Below are positions 22,351 through 35,064 of a stretch of DNA of 64,000 nt, piece after piece; position 1 is the first letter of the stretch, and every line of letters starts with the position of its first letter. The DNA comes from Curvularia clavata (taxonomy: Eukaryota). Below the pieces are notes generated by a model, which was not told the origin of the DNA, did no database searches, and was given only the letters and a program-made list of their open reading frames with translations. The position numbers and the translations under genes were made by a program. The DNA is taken from assembly GCA_023920165.1 (NCBI GenBank), contig CP089281.1, positions 434,001 through 498,000 on the forward strand. The letters run 5' to 3'.

Positions 22351-24604
22351 GTTGGTTAAGGGGATACAGTCGAGAGTCAAATGTTTGTTCGCGCCAACGC
22401 TTGGACTATGATCACCGCTTTTGACCAAAATTTCAAGTAACTCCAGGACATCAAAGCCGAATTCCAATTTGAAATAAGAAAACTCTAGCTACACACTCCA
22501 GTATTTTATTTGTATCAATTTGTTCTATTCACAGCGAGACGATGGCGCGGTATGCTTTTGATTAGCTAGGCAATTAAAAAATCGGTCAACAAAGCATAAG
22601 CTTCTACTAACCGGCAGGACCATATTGTGACAGCGTGAACTATCTTACACGGAAAATCAAAGTCAAGCAGAGACTGAAACATGTTGGTTCCCAGCAATGC
22701 GTACATAAACACCTTATTGATGGTTCCGGTCTTTAATATAAAAAGGTTTCCTGTTTAAAGTTGCAGCATCGCTATGGCTCATAGTAACCGCTTTGCTTAG
22801 AATAACCCAAAATATGCAATGGTAAATTTGTGTACAAGTCAAAGTCAGTCATAGCTCCGGCTTCCAAGGCAATCACCATGGGAAATAAATTCTTGTCAGC
22901 CGAGGAACCTTTTGCTGCTCCCTGTGAATTGAAAGCTAGTACAAACGTGTCTATCCTCTGCTCCCTATGTTGAGTAATACAGTCCTCGCTGCAAGCAAAC
23001 TGGGACTTGCTGAGAATTACACACCATGACTTCGAACAGTCCCTTGATCATCGTGATACTTGCCTTCAGTTACAAAGATCTTTCCTCAATGGTTGTCATC
23101 CTCTTGCTTGCATAAACTTTCCGTAATGTATCCTGTTATCGGTAGTGCATACTTGTCCCAGTCACATCCGAAGATGTCGTCCCAAGTCATAGTAGGAGAT
23201 TCTAGAGCAACCAAGGGGAAAAGTAGGCGTTGCAAACTCGATTATAGGAATTGTGATGCTATTGGATATAGATAACGATCAGAACGCAAATAATAACAGC
23301 GAGAAAGACACAATTTGAATACCCCCTTGTATGCGGCTCCTGAGCATTTCCTGCAACTTATCAGCGTGACATGAGCTTCGCAAGTGCTCACAAAACCAGG
23401 ACTGAGCTTTTCTTTATAGCACACGATAGTGACTTTAGATATTCCCCAGGTGTATTTCAACCACACACACAGACGCTAGAGGAAGGGAAACTGGCGTTCG
23501 AAGAAGATCATCTGGTTACATTTCAAGCCCCCGATTGTTCAAAAATTGCATTTCTGGCTGTGGCAGTGTGCGGCCGAAGCAACTATTGCGGTACATCACA
23601 ACTGAATCGAACGACTATTCATCAGCCTCGGGACGGGACATCCCTATTTTAGGAGCTTAGTTTCTTCTCTTGTGCGCCGTGGCCTTATTTCAGTGTCAAA
23701 TGCTATTTTCCCCTAAGCCTATACCGTGGGAGTTAAGTTGGGGAAGCGAGAGCAGGAAGAGCTTGCCTGATCTGGCTCTGTTCAGCCCGATCCTCGTGCT
23801 GAGTCTACTAGGAATACTGGCGATTATGGAGATACAGGCGTGTATTGAGTATACAATTATACTCTAAAGTGAAGTGATACCCATTAAGTATCACCTATGT
23901 GAATATCATGGAAGCAAGGAAATGATGTGACTGGCGAGCATTTGAAGTTGCCGACATGAGCCAGAAAAAAGTGGCTAGATCTGTAGCAACGAGGCTTTGT
24001 TGTAGGCTGGCAGTTGAAACGTATGATCGTTGCACGGACACGATGGCTGAAGGCCTATTCCACTTGGTTGCCTGCCATTCTCTACAGTGTCCGTGGGCGA
24101 AACGCCTCGATCAGCGTGTTTGGATGGTGTGTTTTCTGCCAATCGGCATGGCCAATTTGGCGTTGTTACTAAGATCGGTTGGCTTCGGAAACAGCATCTT
24201 CCAAGGCAGGCTGACCAAGAACTTCAACGATTAATTTCAGCATAAATTTCGGAGTGAGCCAAAGCCACATACGCTGATCAGCTAGCTGGCCGCTTGGCTG
24301 AGGTGGGGGCCAAGCAGGAAGGCATTATTCCTCTCGTTTGTGTGCAAAACATCGTTCTTTTTAATTGTATTCTGTGAGTTCTATATCTGTATTTTGAAAA
24401 AAGAAAAAAAAGAAAAAAGAAAACAGGGGGCGACTACATCATGTATCAGATGTGTCGGTGTTCCATTGGATAGTGGGTGAGAAAACAATATGTTTGGAAG
24501 CATAACACTGTATACGTACATATGAGTCGGCCATGTCTTCCACCAATTGTGGCTAGGCTGATACCTGATTGTGGGCACACACACGATATTAAATACCCGT
24601 TCCC

Positions 24605-25630
24605 TCACTGCCTTGCCGCATCCCTCTCGATCATTTTCTGGAAAGTATCCTGCCACACCTTTTGCACAGATTCAGGTCCCTCATCCCAGAATTTACCATG
24701 CAGCGCATGTATCCCCGCATCGAAATCTCTCTGATTGACAAAGTTCGAACTCCACTTCCAGTGTAACTCACGCCAAGGCATTGGGCCCTTTCTGCTAAAG
24801 ACGTAGTTTAGCAGGTCTTGCTCCATGAATTGCGTTCTGAATCGGTCCTTGATGTTTAGGACGCGCATAAGGTAATCAAACATTCCCTGCTGCGGTGCGA
24901 TCATCAAGAATCCACCGTTTGCGTAGTCACCATTTAAGGGTGGTACAGGGTGCTCATACCCGCCCATTCCACCATTCTCAGGACGCGCAGCGAAGAGCCA
25001 TTCTTCCGGCAATGGCTCTTCGTCTTCCTTAATCAAATCTGTGCGGTCTTGAAACATAGTCCTAGTTAGGTCGGCGACGTTAGGCTCGTTGAAAATGCCG
25101 TCCATTCGATTCATAATGAGATAATCAGCGTCAAGGTAAAGTATACGAGAGTATTGGGTTTGCTCGAAGATGCGCAGCTTAGTAAATTGCTCGGTCCACC
25201 TTTCCGTGGGTGTGTGAATCCATGGTGGTACAAGGACGTCTTCAAATCCAATTACAGTTGCGCCATCTTTGCGTAAGATTTCACGCATCGTCTCTGGTAC
25301 CTGTTTACCACAGAATACAACAAAGTCGATATCTGGGTCTTCTATTCGCGTTTCAGGTGCATATAGAAATTGGTAAGTCAACAAACGAGTGGAGTTGAAA
25401 TAATTATCGTTGCTAACTTGGCCAGTCAAGAAAGTCGCGACAGCGACAGCTGGATGTAGTTGCGAAGAACCTGAATGATAACTTTGGAAGCGAGGACCAT
25501 CGGCAGAAACAATTCTCCACGAGATTCCACGAGTGAGGTAGAAAAATATCGCATAGAATAAGGATAGACTGAGGGCTGTGAGAACACTGACAATGTAGAA
25601 TCTTTGCTTTAAAAACATTGTTGATATCAT
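24605..25630 (-). CDS. Glycosyltransferase family 8 protein (type II membrane, glycogenin/Gnt1-like)
   Basis: N-terminal TM helix, FTKLRIFEQTQYSRILYLDAD (DxD), ANGG, EQDLLN; start codon uncertain. Confidence 0.88.
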   Translation of the reverse strand: MISTMFLKQRFYIVSVLTALSLSLFYAIFFYLTRGISWRIVSADGPRFQSYHSGSSQLHPAVAVATFLTGQVSNDNYFNSTRLLTYQFLYAPETRIEDPDIDFVVFCGKQVPETMREILRKDGATVIGFEDVLVPPWIHTPTERWTEQFTKLRIFEQTQYSRILYLDADYLIMNRMDGIFNEPNVADLTRTMFQDRTDLIKEDEEPLPEEWLFAARPENGGMGGYEHPVPPLNGDYANGGFLMIAPQQGMFDYLMRVLNIKDRFRTQFMEQDLLNYVFSRKGPMPWRELHWKWSSNFVNQRDFDAGIHALHGKFWDEGPESVQKVWQDTFQKMIERDAARQ

Positions 25631-25988
25631 TTGAAAAAGTGATTGCAAGTAAACAAAGGCATATCAGCAAAGACACAAGGAAGTTCTGTTGATATAATTT
25701 ACTATTGACTTGAAAGCGAACACTACGGACGCAAGTGATGGCTCGAGTATATAAGAGTTTGGCTTATATCAGCGCTAACTGCTTCTATATGAGGAATTAC
25801 GAAAGTCTCGATTATAAGTTTTATCCCGACGGCACCAGTACTATCTTACATCAGCACTAACTACTGTGCGGCGTGAGTTGGCTGGGTACATTGCGCTCCC
25901 AATTGCTCCATGTTAAACGCAGACGAGAATACAGTGGGCACGTAAGTGAATTGATCCAAGAGCATCAAAAATGAAGAAAATACACATT

Positions 25989-26716
25989 CTACCACCACCG
26001 TCTTGAGTTTCTTCCAGTAGTTGCGCATTGTAAGCAATGTCTCGTGGCTGAGACTATGGCACAAGTCCCACAGACGTTCCTCCCACAGTCGTTGCAAGCA
26101 AATGGGCTGCAATCAGCAATATCAGCATATTCTGTATCCATGTCTATGTCCATGCTGTCGTTTTCACTCTGCAGCGGTGCGTCGCAATCTTCGCAACGAG
26201 CCAATTGCAATGATCTCTGGTCTTGTTGTGCAGGGGCTGAGAAGATGGGTTGGACTGGCGGGGCAGGCAGTTGTTTCCAGAAAGAATGCAGCGTCGACTT
26301 CTGTGGCTTTGAGGTGACAAGCGTAGAGGGCTGAGTTGGCAAGGATAGAGATGTTGTGGTTGGGACATCGCGTTGATTACGTTGGGCAGCATAAAGTTTA
26401 TTGAGCGTGTTCACTGAGCCGCAATTGTGAGTGCGTGTTTTACAACTAGGGGGTTGAACGTACCATGTATCGCACGCTCGTCTGGTCGGTTGTCGCGCAC
26501 TCGTTTGCATGTGCGGTTGCCCCAGTCCCCACTCTTGACTCGGCTCGCACTCATGAAATCCCAACCGTTGGATCGCGGTTGCGCATCCAATTCCATGGGA
26601 GCATACTGGTTGAAGGAGGAACATGGCGGCGATTGAGTGCCGGGGGTAGAGACGGCACCAAAGCTGGAAATCGATAGCGGCGAGTCGTCAGACGAATGCT
26701 TGCGTTTGCAGCCCAT
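25989..26716 (-). CDS. Hypothetical protein with C-terminal Cys-rich Zn-finger; intron 26414-26463
   Basis: Two ORFs joined by a 50-bp GT-AG intron; four CxxC pairs (CEDC, CNDC, CGTC, CLQC). Confidence 0.75.
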
Positions 26717-27191
26717 GGTCCTGGAAATACGATATTGAGCCTATAGGTGGTGGGTGTGATGACTTTTCAGTCGATCGAGCTGGTTGTTGGTGCGCGAAGC
26801 GACAGTTTGCAGAGAGCGATATCAAGAGGAGATGGTATGGGGTCGATGATGCAAAAGGGCTGCTGGCCAGGGAACACGCGACCTGGCGTCGCGAGCGCGT
26901 CGCGTGTGCCGGATCGGAATGCGGCTGCTTTAGGGCCACTACGTCACGTGGGGGGGATGTGCATCAGCTATTCAGCGCGCGAGTTTGCATTCGTGGCAGA
27001 GGAGGCGGATAAGAGGAAACTGGTCTGATTGGACTTATTTGCTGTGTACATAGTTTATAATTGCCGGGTGTTGACGCGCAAAGACAGCATTACGTCGATC
27101 ACACGAAACGTCCGCCGACCCATGCCCCGCATCGCCGCCCACCACCACAACCACCCTCTCTCTACGCAAACGCACCACGCCCTGGGCAGCC

Positions 27192-28299
27192 ATGGTTACC
27201 CGCAAAGCTTCCCACGCCGGCTCCTGGTACACGGACAATGGCCAACTTCTCTCACAGCAACTCGACGGCTGGCTCGAAGCAGTTCCTGCTTCCACCACTC
27301 CCATAGGCTCAGCCTCCTCTCAGCGGGGTCAAGTGTCGATACCTACGCCCGATGCTCGGGCTATCATCGCTCCGTATGCACCATGAAATGACTTCAGTCA
27401 GCATGTGAGGGCTCATGGACACGCAGGCATGCTGGATACTCATACTCTGGGCCTGCCGCTGCCTGGGCCTACAAAAGCGCCGACTGGGCAAATGCGTGCG
27501 TCAAGTTTCATGAGACTTGTGTTGGTATATGTTTCTAATGACTTATAGAAAACGCGTCTTTCTGCTCGGTCCATCACACCACTACTACCTAGCAGGTGCC
27601 GCAACAACGGGCTGTGACAAGTATAGCACTCCTCTGGGCGACCTAATTGTAGACACAGCCCTAGTCCAGGCCATTCAGCAGGAATGGGACCTTGAGGTCA
27701 TGTCAAAGAGAACAGACGAGGATGAGCACAGCTTAGAAATGCACTTGCCATATATCTACAAGATGCTCTCGCTGAAGAATGCGAACTTCCAGAACGACCC
27801 GTCCTCGGTCCCTCTGATCCCCATCATGGTCGGCAACACTGACGCAGCGGCCGAATCTCGCTACGGTGCCCTTCTCGCCCCCTATCTTACTGACCGAGCC
27901 AATGTCTTCGTCATCTCTTCTGACTTCTGTCACTGGGGCTCTCGCTTCCGTTACACATACTACCAGCCTGCTGACGGCGCACCAGCCACCCAGTTGAGAT
28001 CATCTTCGCGTGTCCCAAGCGACTACCCCATACACAAAAGCATCGCCGCTATCGACCACGAGAGCATGGACGCCGTCGAGAGTGGATCACACAGACAGTT
28101 CTTGGATCAGCTGAGGAAGACGGGCAACACTGTGTGTGGAAGACATCCCATCGGCTTGTTCATGGCTGCTGTAGAAAGTGCCGAAGGACTGGAACAGGGA
28201 AAGGGCAGGTTTAGCTTCTTGCGATACGAGAGGAGCAGTCTTGTTGAAGACGTTAGGGACAGTAGTGTGTCGTATTGTAGCGCTTTCGCAGTGCTGTAG
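27192..28299 (+). CDS. memo1: MEMO1/UPF0103 family protein (spliced)
   Basis: [65 protein letters not shown]. Confidence 0.93.
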
Positions 28300-28489
28300 G
28301 CCCGACCGCGACTCTTACTTCCCATGTGGAAGACGAGTCATACAGTAAGAATACGGACAAGAAAACAGCTACATCTGCGCTATCCACATGTCTAATGGTT
28401 CGCCTCTATTACAAACAACCCAACGCCTACCAATGCAATGCAATGCAGATACTCGTGAGATGTCCAGATAGCCCTAAGACATATACTCC

Positions 28490-31400
28490 TCATGATGGAC
28501 GTGGCTTGGGCATGGAACTGTGTTTCACGCTCCATGGCTGCATGCTCCTTCGGGTACCCAATGTTCTTCTCTGTGCCTGACTGATGGAGGTCGTGTGAAA
28601 TGTGGAAGCTGAGCGGAAGCCTGAGCCTGAAGTAAAGTGAGTGGTAATAGGTACCTTTCGTACAGGGCTCTGGGGCTCATCCACCTCTTCCACCTGCTCA
28701 CGGGGGTCCATTGCATCGGGCTTTGTCGGTGAGCTTGAAAGAAGCACATATCGGCTGTTGCTTGTCTCGCTCTCTGCATCGCTCCTCTTCGGTCTATTAA
28801 GTATTGGTCGACTAGTCACTTTGTGCTCTGCTATCGAGAGTGGCTGGAAGGGACGAGAGGGGCGCGGCGTTGAACATTGTACATTGGAAATGTCGTGTAG
28901 TGGTGTGCTGCTGGACAAAGTTGATTGCGAGCGCTGCAGAGACGATGCAGGGGCAGATGCTGCATGTTCCGTTTGCTCGGACAGCGCGCTATTGGAACGC
29001 TTGAAGAAACTCGTGATAGCACCTTGGCCTGTCGCTCGCGGTTTGGCAGCCCTCAACTTGACAGGCTTAGCTTCTGCCTGGCTGCTATGCCTATCTCGGA
29101 CACTGGCCAGCGTACGGATATGCTCTGCTTCTCTCTGCATTGCCTGCAGGTCGCCTAGATCCCGGGCGCTCGTGAATCCAGCGTTCAGCTTCTGCATTGT
29201 CGTTGTGGCGGTAGAGAAGCTAGAAGTGCGATTCATCGTGACTGACGCAGATTCCCTGGAGAAGGAGCTCATAGCATCAATCTTCCGTCGCTTCGAGGCT
29301 TGACTCGGTACGTCACTACATGGTCGAGAACTCATGCGCTTCTCGTCCCACGATGCGGCCCACGTAGGCTCGTCGCCGTCAATCTCTTCTCGTGTTGCTG
29401 GATATTTATCATCTTCTGGTCTCTCCAATCTATCACGAGCGCTGTCTAGCTCGGTAGCAGAGGGACAATCTCTTCGCAGGATTCGGGCTAGATCGCTGAT
29501 AATACTGCGTTTGAACGCTAGATCTGGACCTCGGTCACTGAACAACTTCTGCACTTTACAGTCGGAAACAAATCTCGAGAGCGTTGTTTTCTCATGCCCT
29601 GATTGTTTCACCGGACAACTGAGGTAGAGCAATGCTTGTGCGCGTGTCATGCCCACATACAGCAATCTCCGTTCTTCATCCTGGTCGTCTGCCCGCGAGT
29701 GAGGAATTGACCCATCGTATATGGCAGGCAGGAAGACGACAGGCCACTCCAGACCTTTGGCTGCATGGATAGTAGAAATAGTGACTTGGTTCTGTTCGCT
29801 GCCTTCCTGATCTGCGGCGCTTGACAATGTCACGTTGGCGAGAAATTTCGAGAGGATATCGGCGGCACTATCGGTTCGTTGTTCGATACCCTCTGCTACA
29901 GGCAAGACGTCGTCGGATATCTCTTCTCCGTTAGCAACAGCCGTGGCCATCTGCGTTGCCTGATTCACGAGCTCTTCGACGTTGGCCCAGCGGTCTTGCC
30001 AGTTCTCCTTGTGCGTCTGCTTGAGATACGATTGAAACGATATTTTGTTTGTTATGTGCGTTATGAGGCCAAATAGATCACACACGTTGTCTTTGACAGG
30101 GATCAGCTTTTCTCGAGAACTAAGAATGACATTGACAAACTGCTCAATGCCTTTCTGCGCTGGTGTTGACACTTTGCTTCTTGGCCTTTTTCTTCCTTGG
30201 GCGATATCAAGAACCAGCTTCCAAAGCGTGATCTTGCTAGTCTCGGCTTCTTCCAACAGAGCCTTTACGGTGATATCACCAACTTTTCGACTCGGTGTAT
30301 TGATCACACGCGCCACTGCATCGTTGTGCTCTGGTTGACTGACAACACGCAAATAGTCCAGAAGTATCTTGATCTCGGCACGATCAAAAAACTTTGTACC
30401 AGCCACCATGCGGTAAGGAACCCCAGCTTGCCCCAGCGCTCGTTCAATCTGGAGGGTCAACGGAGACGAACGTACCAATATGGCGTAATCACTGAAGTTC
30501 AGCAGTCCGGCAGTGAGTGTCCTTGTGCGGCAAATTTCTTCAACGATCCACTTTGCCTCCACATTGGCGGATACCAGATGGCGGAGAGTGGGTTGCTCGC
30601 CAACACCGTGAGTTGCAATTAATGACTTCTGTGGTCGGCTCTCATCTTGCTCGATTACAGCCATGGCTGAGCTTAGAATGCAGCCGGAAGAGCGGTAGTT
30701 GTTCTCTAGGTTGATGACGACTGACTCCGGATAATCAGTACGCATGCGAAGTAAATTCTTGATCTCGGCAGAGCGAAAGCTGTAGATACTCTGGTCTGGA
30801 TCCCCGACAATCGTGATACGTCTGGTTTTCTGGGCCAACAAACGCATGAGCTCGTACTGGATGTTGTTGGTATCCTGGTATTCATCGATAAGAACAGCTT
30901 GTATCGTCGAGACGCACGATGGGGACTTCTTCAGCAGATCGACGCATCGTATCAAGAGATCGTCGTAATCCAGCAAGTTGGATGCAGCGAGATGCTCTTG
31001 ATAAGAAGCGTATATCATGGCAAACTCGTTATCGTTAGCATTTTTGGCACTTCTGCGAAAATCGTTTGCAGAGACACCCTGGGCCTTTAGCTTGGAAATC
31101 CTCGAACGAGCATGACCTGGCTCTATGGTGTATTGGTAACGAGTGACGATACGTTTGAGTATAGCCGCGCTATCACTGGTGTCGGCAATGCCGAAATTCT
31201 TGTCAATTCCAATCTCTTGGCCATAGCGGAAAAGGAAGCGACGAGCAACTGAGTGAAAGGTACCCAGTATCAGCTTGGCCTCCAACTTGTCGCCAACAAA
31301 TCCCCTGATCCTCTCCTTCATCTCCCGAGCAGCTTTGATGGTGAAGGTGCACACGATGATGTTCCATGGTTGCAGTCGCTCGTGGTTGATGTGGTACGCG

Positions 31401-31522
31401 ACGCGTGCAGTCAGTGTTTTCGTCTTGCCTGAGCCAGGGGGAGCAAGCACCTGCACGACATTTGCAGGGCTCGTGACGGCGCTCTTTTGCGCATCGTTCA
31501 GACCATCCAGCAATGCGTCCAT
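28490..31522 (-). CDS. srs2: UvrD/Srs2-family ATP-dependent DNA helicase
   Basis: APPGSGKT Walker A, TFT, IDEYQDTN, VGDPDQSIYSFR, NYRS, STIHAAKGLEWPVVF, EERRLLYVGMTRA; long low-complexity C-terminus. Confidence 0.95.
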   Translation of the reverse strand: MDALLDGLNDAQKSAVTSPANVVQVLAPPGSGKTKTLTARVAYHINHERLQPWNIIVCTFTIKAAREMKERIRGFVGDKLEAKLILGTFHSVARRFLFRYGQEIGIDKNFGIADTSDSAAILKRIVTRYQYTIEPGHARSRISKLKAQGVSANDFRRSAKNANDNEFAMIYASYQEHLAASNLLDYDDLLIRCVDLLKKSPSCVSTIQAVLIDEYQDTNNIQYELMRLLAQKTRRITIVGDPDQSIYSFRSAEIKNLLRMRTDYPESVVINLENNYRSSGCILSSAMAVIEQDESRPQKSLIATHGVGEQPTLRHLVSANVEAKWIVEEICRTRTLTAGLLNFSDYAILVRSSPLTLQIERALGQAGVPYRMVAGTKFFDRAEIKILLDYLRVVSQPEHNDAVARVINTPSRKVGDITVKALLEEAETSKITLWKLVLDIAQGRKRPRSKVSTPAQKGIEQFVNVILSSREKLIPVKDNVCDLFGLITHITNKISFQSYLKQTHKENWQDRWANVEELVNQATQMATAVANGEEISDDVLPVAEGIEQRTDSAADILSKFLANVTLSSAADQEGSEQNQVTISTIHAAKGLEWPVVFLPAIYDGSIPHSRADDQDEERRLLYVGMTRAQALLYLSCPVKQSGHEKTTLSRFVSDCKVQKLFSDRGPDLAFKRSIISDLARILRRDCPSATELDSARDRLERPEDDKYPATREEIDGDEPTWAASWDEKRMSSRPCSDVPSQASKRRKIDAMSSFSRESASVTMNRTSSFSTATTTMQKLNAGFTSARDLGDLQAMQREAEHIRTLASVRDRHSSQAEAKPVKLRAAKPRATGQGAITSFFKRSNSALSEQTEHAASAPASSLQRSQSTLSSSTPLHDISNVQCSTPRPSRPFQPLSIAEHKVTSRPILNRPKRSDAESETSNSRYVLLSSSPTKPDAMDPREQVEEVDEPQSPVRKVPITTHFTSGSGFRSASTFHTTSISQAQRRTLGTRRSMQPWSVKHSSMPKPRPS

Positions 31523-32073
31523 GGCCAGATGGTGGATGTGTTGCAATCAGTAGAGTGGTGCCCGCATCCGGCATGAGTAGTGTGGATGGTGGCGTAGCGA
31601 TTGAAAACGCGCTAGAACCACGTATCACGTGATTGGCCTTCTACCAGCCCCTTCGCAGTGCCGAGTCCTGCCCCAATGATTTCCAAGTCTTTGTACCACG
31701 CAACAGGTTCGCCGTCCCCAGTTGTCAAGGGGTGTTCCCTGGTCGGGCAGGTCATTACTCCAAATAGCGTAAGACTTCCGCCGCAAAACCATGCTGGCCG
31801 AAAGCAGCATCCTTCGCCAAGCACTAGCTCGTCGTATTTTCCCCCGCAATGTGGAGGTGGACCTTGCTCGGCCTGTTTTTATCCGTCAACCGGGCTAGAA
31901 AGCAAGAATGATCAGCATTCAAGTTGCATGTATTGAGCAAGCCTGCCGATGCACCAGGAGGTTCTTCGCAACTAGCCGAATCGATCGGATATACCGAGGG
32001 CTTATAAAAGTCCTCATGTACCCCCGATGATGTACAGCATCCAAGAGACCACTCGGTGCTGCATCTTGAGGCT

Positions 32074-33544
32074 ATGTTGGGACCACGTCTGTTTCTCACT
32101 GCAGCCCTTGCCGGGACTTTTGTCTCGGCAGGTTATCTGCCAGAAGTACCAGGCGCAGCTACTTTGCAGTACAATGCACGAAGACAGGCTGCAAACAGCT
32201 CATCGCCGTCGTTCCATGGCCCGTACAGCACTCGCGGACGAGACATTGTCGATAGCAATGGGGAGAAAACATCCTGGGCCGGTGTCAATTGGCCCATGAG
32301 CGGTATGTAGCAGCTCTCTTGCCTGTCAAATCTAGGACAGAATTGTACTTACTCTCTCCACAGGCGAGACTATGATTCCAGAAGGTCTCGAGTGGGCATC
32401 TGCCGACGAGATTCTCGAAGATATTGCGAGTGTCGGCTTCAACTACATCCGTATGGGCTATGCTATTGAAATGATTGATCAAATCTATGACCGGAACGGA
32501 AAGGATGTGCCCTTGGAAGTTGCCCTCGTCAATGCTCTTGGCTATGTCAACGGCACCAAGGTTACAAACGAAATCATTGCAAAAAACCCTGGGTGGACTG
32601 CGCAGACCACTCGTTTCGAAATCTGGGATGACATTGCGCGCATCGCCGCTACCAAGGGTATCTTTATTAGCCCAGACGTGCACACTGGCAAGGCGCAATG
32701 GTGCTGCTCCCACATCGACGGCGCCTCCTGGTTTGACGATCTCAACTTCAATGCCACACATTGGCGTCGTGGTCTATCCTACGTCGCAAAATGGGCCAAA
32801 GCACACCCAAATATAGTCAGCATGTCTCTTCGCAATGAGCTACGCGAAAGCTGGAATCGCACCGACTTGTACTACAATTGGGACACATTGGTCGGAAACA
32901 TGACTGCTGGTGCCGATGCAATCCACGAAGCCAACCCCGACATTCTTATCCTCTGGGGTGGTATGCAATACGGCCAGGACCTTTCAGCTTTGACTAGTGG
33001 CAAGAACATCCTCACCGCCCCATGCTACAAGTGTACGGCTATTCGCGATGCAGCGAGACGCAAGCCAGTCTACTTCAACCTTGACGACCATCCATGGGCC
33101 GACAAGCTCGTCTGGGAACTCCATCTCTACAGTATGAGCGAAGACATCGACACCGGCACATGTGACATTGTAAAGGCCAATCTGTACCGTAATGGATTCA
33201 ATGCCTTGGGTATTGAAGCGCCATCTGCTTGTAACATCACGGGCGACTGTCCGAAGGCTGTGCGTGAGACACCAGTCATTCTGAGCGAGTTTGGCAGTGC
33301 TCAGGACGAGACGCTTTTCAACAACACTCTGCAGAACTGCTTAAAAGACTTTACTATCGACAATGGCGTGAGCTGGATGATGTGGGCCATCGCTGGCTCG
33401 TACAGAATCAGATCTGGAGTGCAAGGATTCCCCGATACGTGGGGTATGACCAACTACGATTGGTCAGGATGGAATTATGAGCGGGGCATCGAAGAGTTCT
33501 GGAAGCCATGGGTAAAAGCGATGAACACGACTAAAATTGTTTAA
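32074..33544 (+). CDS. Secreted glycoside hydrolase family 5 protein; intron 32303-32363
   Basis: Signal peptide MLGPRLFLTAALAG; GVNW, GFNYIRM, acid/base RNELR, WELHLY, nucleophile LSEFG. Confidence 0.9.
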
Positions 33545-35064
33545 AATGTGGATAATCTTATTACTGGTTCGCAAGGAGCTCCGGCTACATCATCATCGAA
33601 TGAATTAATATCTACATTGCATGTGGGATAGGATTCGTCTGTTTGTTCGTATGAGATGTTTTGCATGTAGTGATGATCAAATCATCAATAGCTTGAAAAA
33701 TGGCTTTCTAACTGATGTTTCAACTCTCTCAAATGCAACTCTCCATTTCCATCCAGCCCTCATTATTCCCTTCACTGTCGGAAAGCTTTACGGGAAACGA
33801 GGTACAACCAATGAGAAGGATAATATGGTCTGCTCAATTGATGGAAGTTGACATAGGAAGTTGACAGAATTCCGCCCATGGGAAGGCGCCGATTGCTGTA
33901 ATGCCGACCGCGAACCTCCATTTCTATCACGTCATAGTCTGTACACGCGCAGTGCAAAACCCTGCGGCTTCTTCTCAGTGTCATTTCGATTACATCTTAC
34001 TGGCGGACAAAGGCATTTCTTGTTTCTTTGCGCTTGGTAACTTACGGTAGGCTTAACGTGAAAATATAGCACTTTGCCACGTTCACTTCATGGTAGCTTG
34101 TGACCTGTAAGCGCTACAGGGTTCGGGATCTTGCCTTGCGGTACTAGGTGCGTTTATCGAAGGATAAAAAATACCATGTCATGCTCATCGGAGATGGGCT
34201 AATGGCATCGTTGCTTACTAACTTTGTCTCTTAGCAACAGACTATCTGCAAATATGTTATTGTTTGCAGAAGAATTAGCTTCACATACTCGCCTTGTTGT
34301 CGGATTCAGGTTCGACAGCGATAAACCCTTGCATCGTCGCACACTTATGTTGCTTCCTTGTACAAGAAGGATAAGCACCAAAGAAAATTTCCGATTGATA
34401 CAGCCAGCACACCAAGGGTCGGCGTCACACTCGTTCTCAAGAGCCCCGGACCTTCGGCTGAAGGATTTCCATCATGTCGGCGCGGACCATCTGACTTCGG
34501 AACAACCGGTAACCGATAGATGATTGCCTCGCCTGTTTGGCAGCCATAGCCGCCGACACGTGACGAATACTTCCATGTGAAATCTAGTAGGTCGGGGATA
34601 CCTGTGCAAGGGAATTTATGCGCATCAGTTGTCCATTGTCAATGCTGAGGAGAATGCTGAATGGTGAAAATAACCTAAAATCGTTACATGGATCTGTCTG
34701 CTCAAGGTAATGTGTGGGTCGCCGCTCTCCCCAGATTTTCCTAGAGCCGTGCATTGATGTGGAAATGACCAAGGGTAAAAAAATGTTTTCATTTTCGAGA
34801 TAGCATATGCCGTACAAGAGGAAGAAGCAAGGCTAACCTTCCGGGTGATGACGTTGCGCTTCGGCCATTTGTCGCCTTGCCTAGTCAGCACTCCGGTGCT
34901 TCCACAGTTGCCGGCACTGGGTCCTGAATGCATCCCTTGCGCACGCACTGTACTTCGTACGAACTGCCGCTATCTTGCGCTATTTGATTTGAACATTTCG
35001 CCTGCAAAGGCCTTTGGGTCTCACCTATGTCAGCAACAGTTCGTCGCTCAACGCTCTTGCAGCC

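Noticed and set aside
23060..24234. Short ORFs downstream of ppsA
   Set aside because: No motifs, mostly non-ATG starts; treated as intergenic
14130..25860. Starship or other giant mobile element carrying the accessory genes
   Set aside because: No tyrosine-recombinase captain gene or boundary repeats visible in the window
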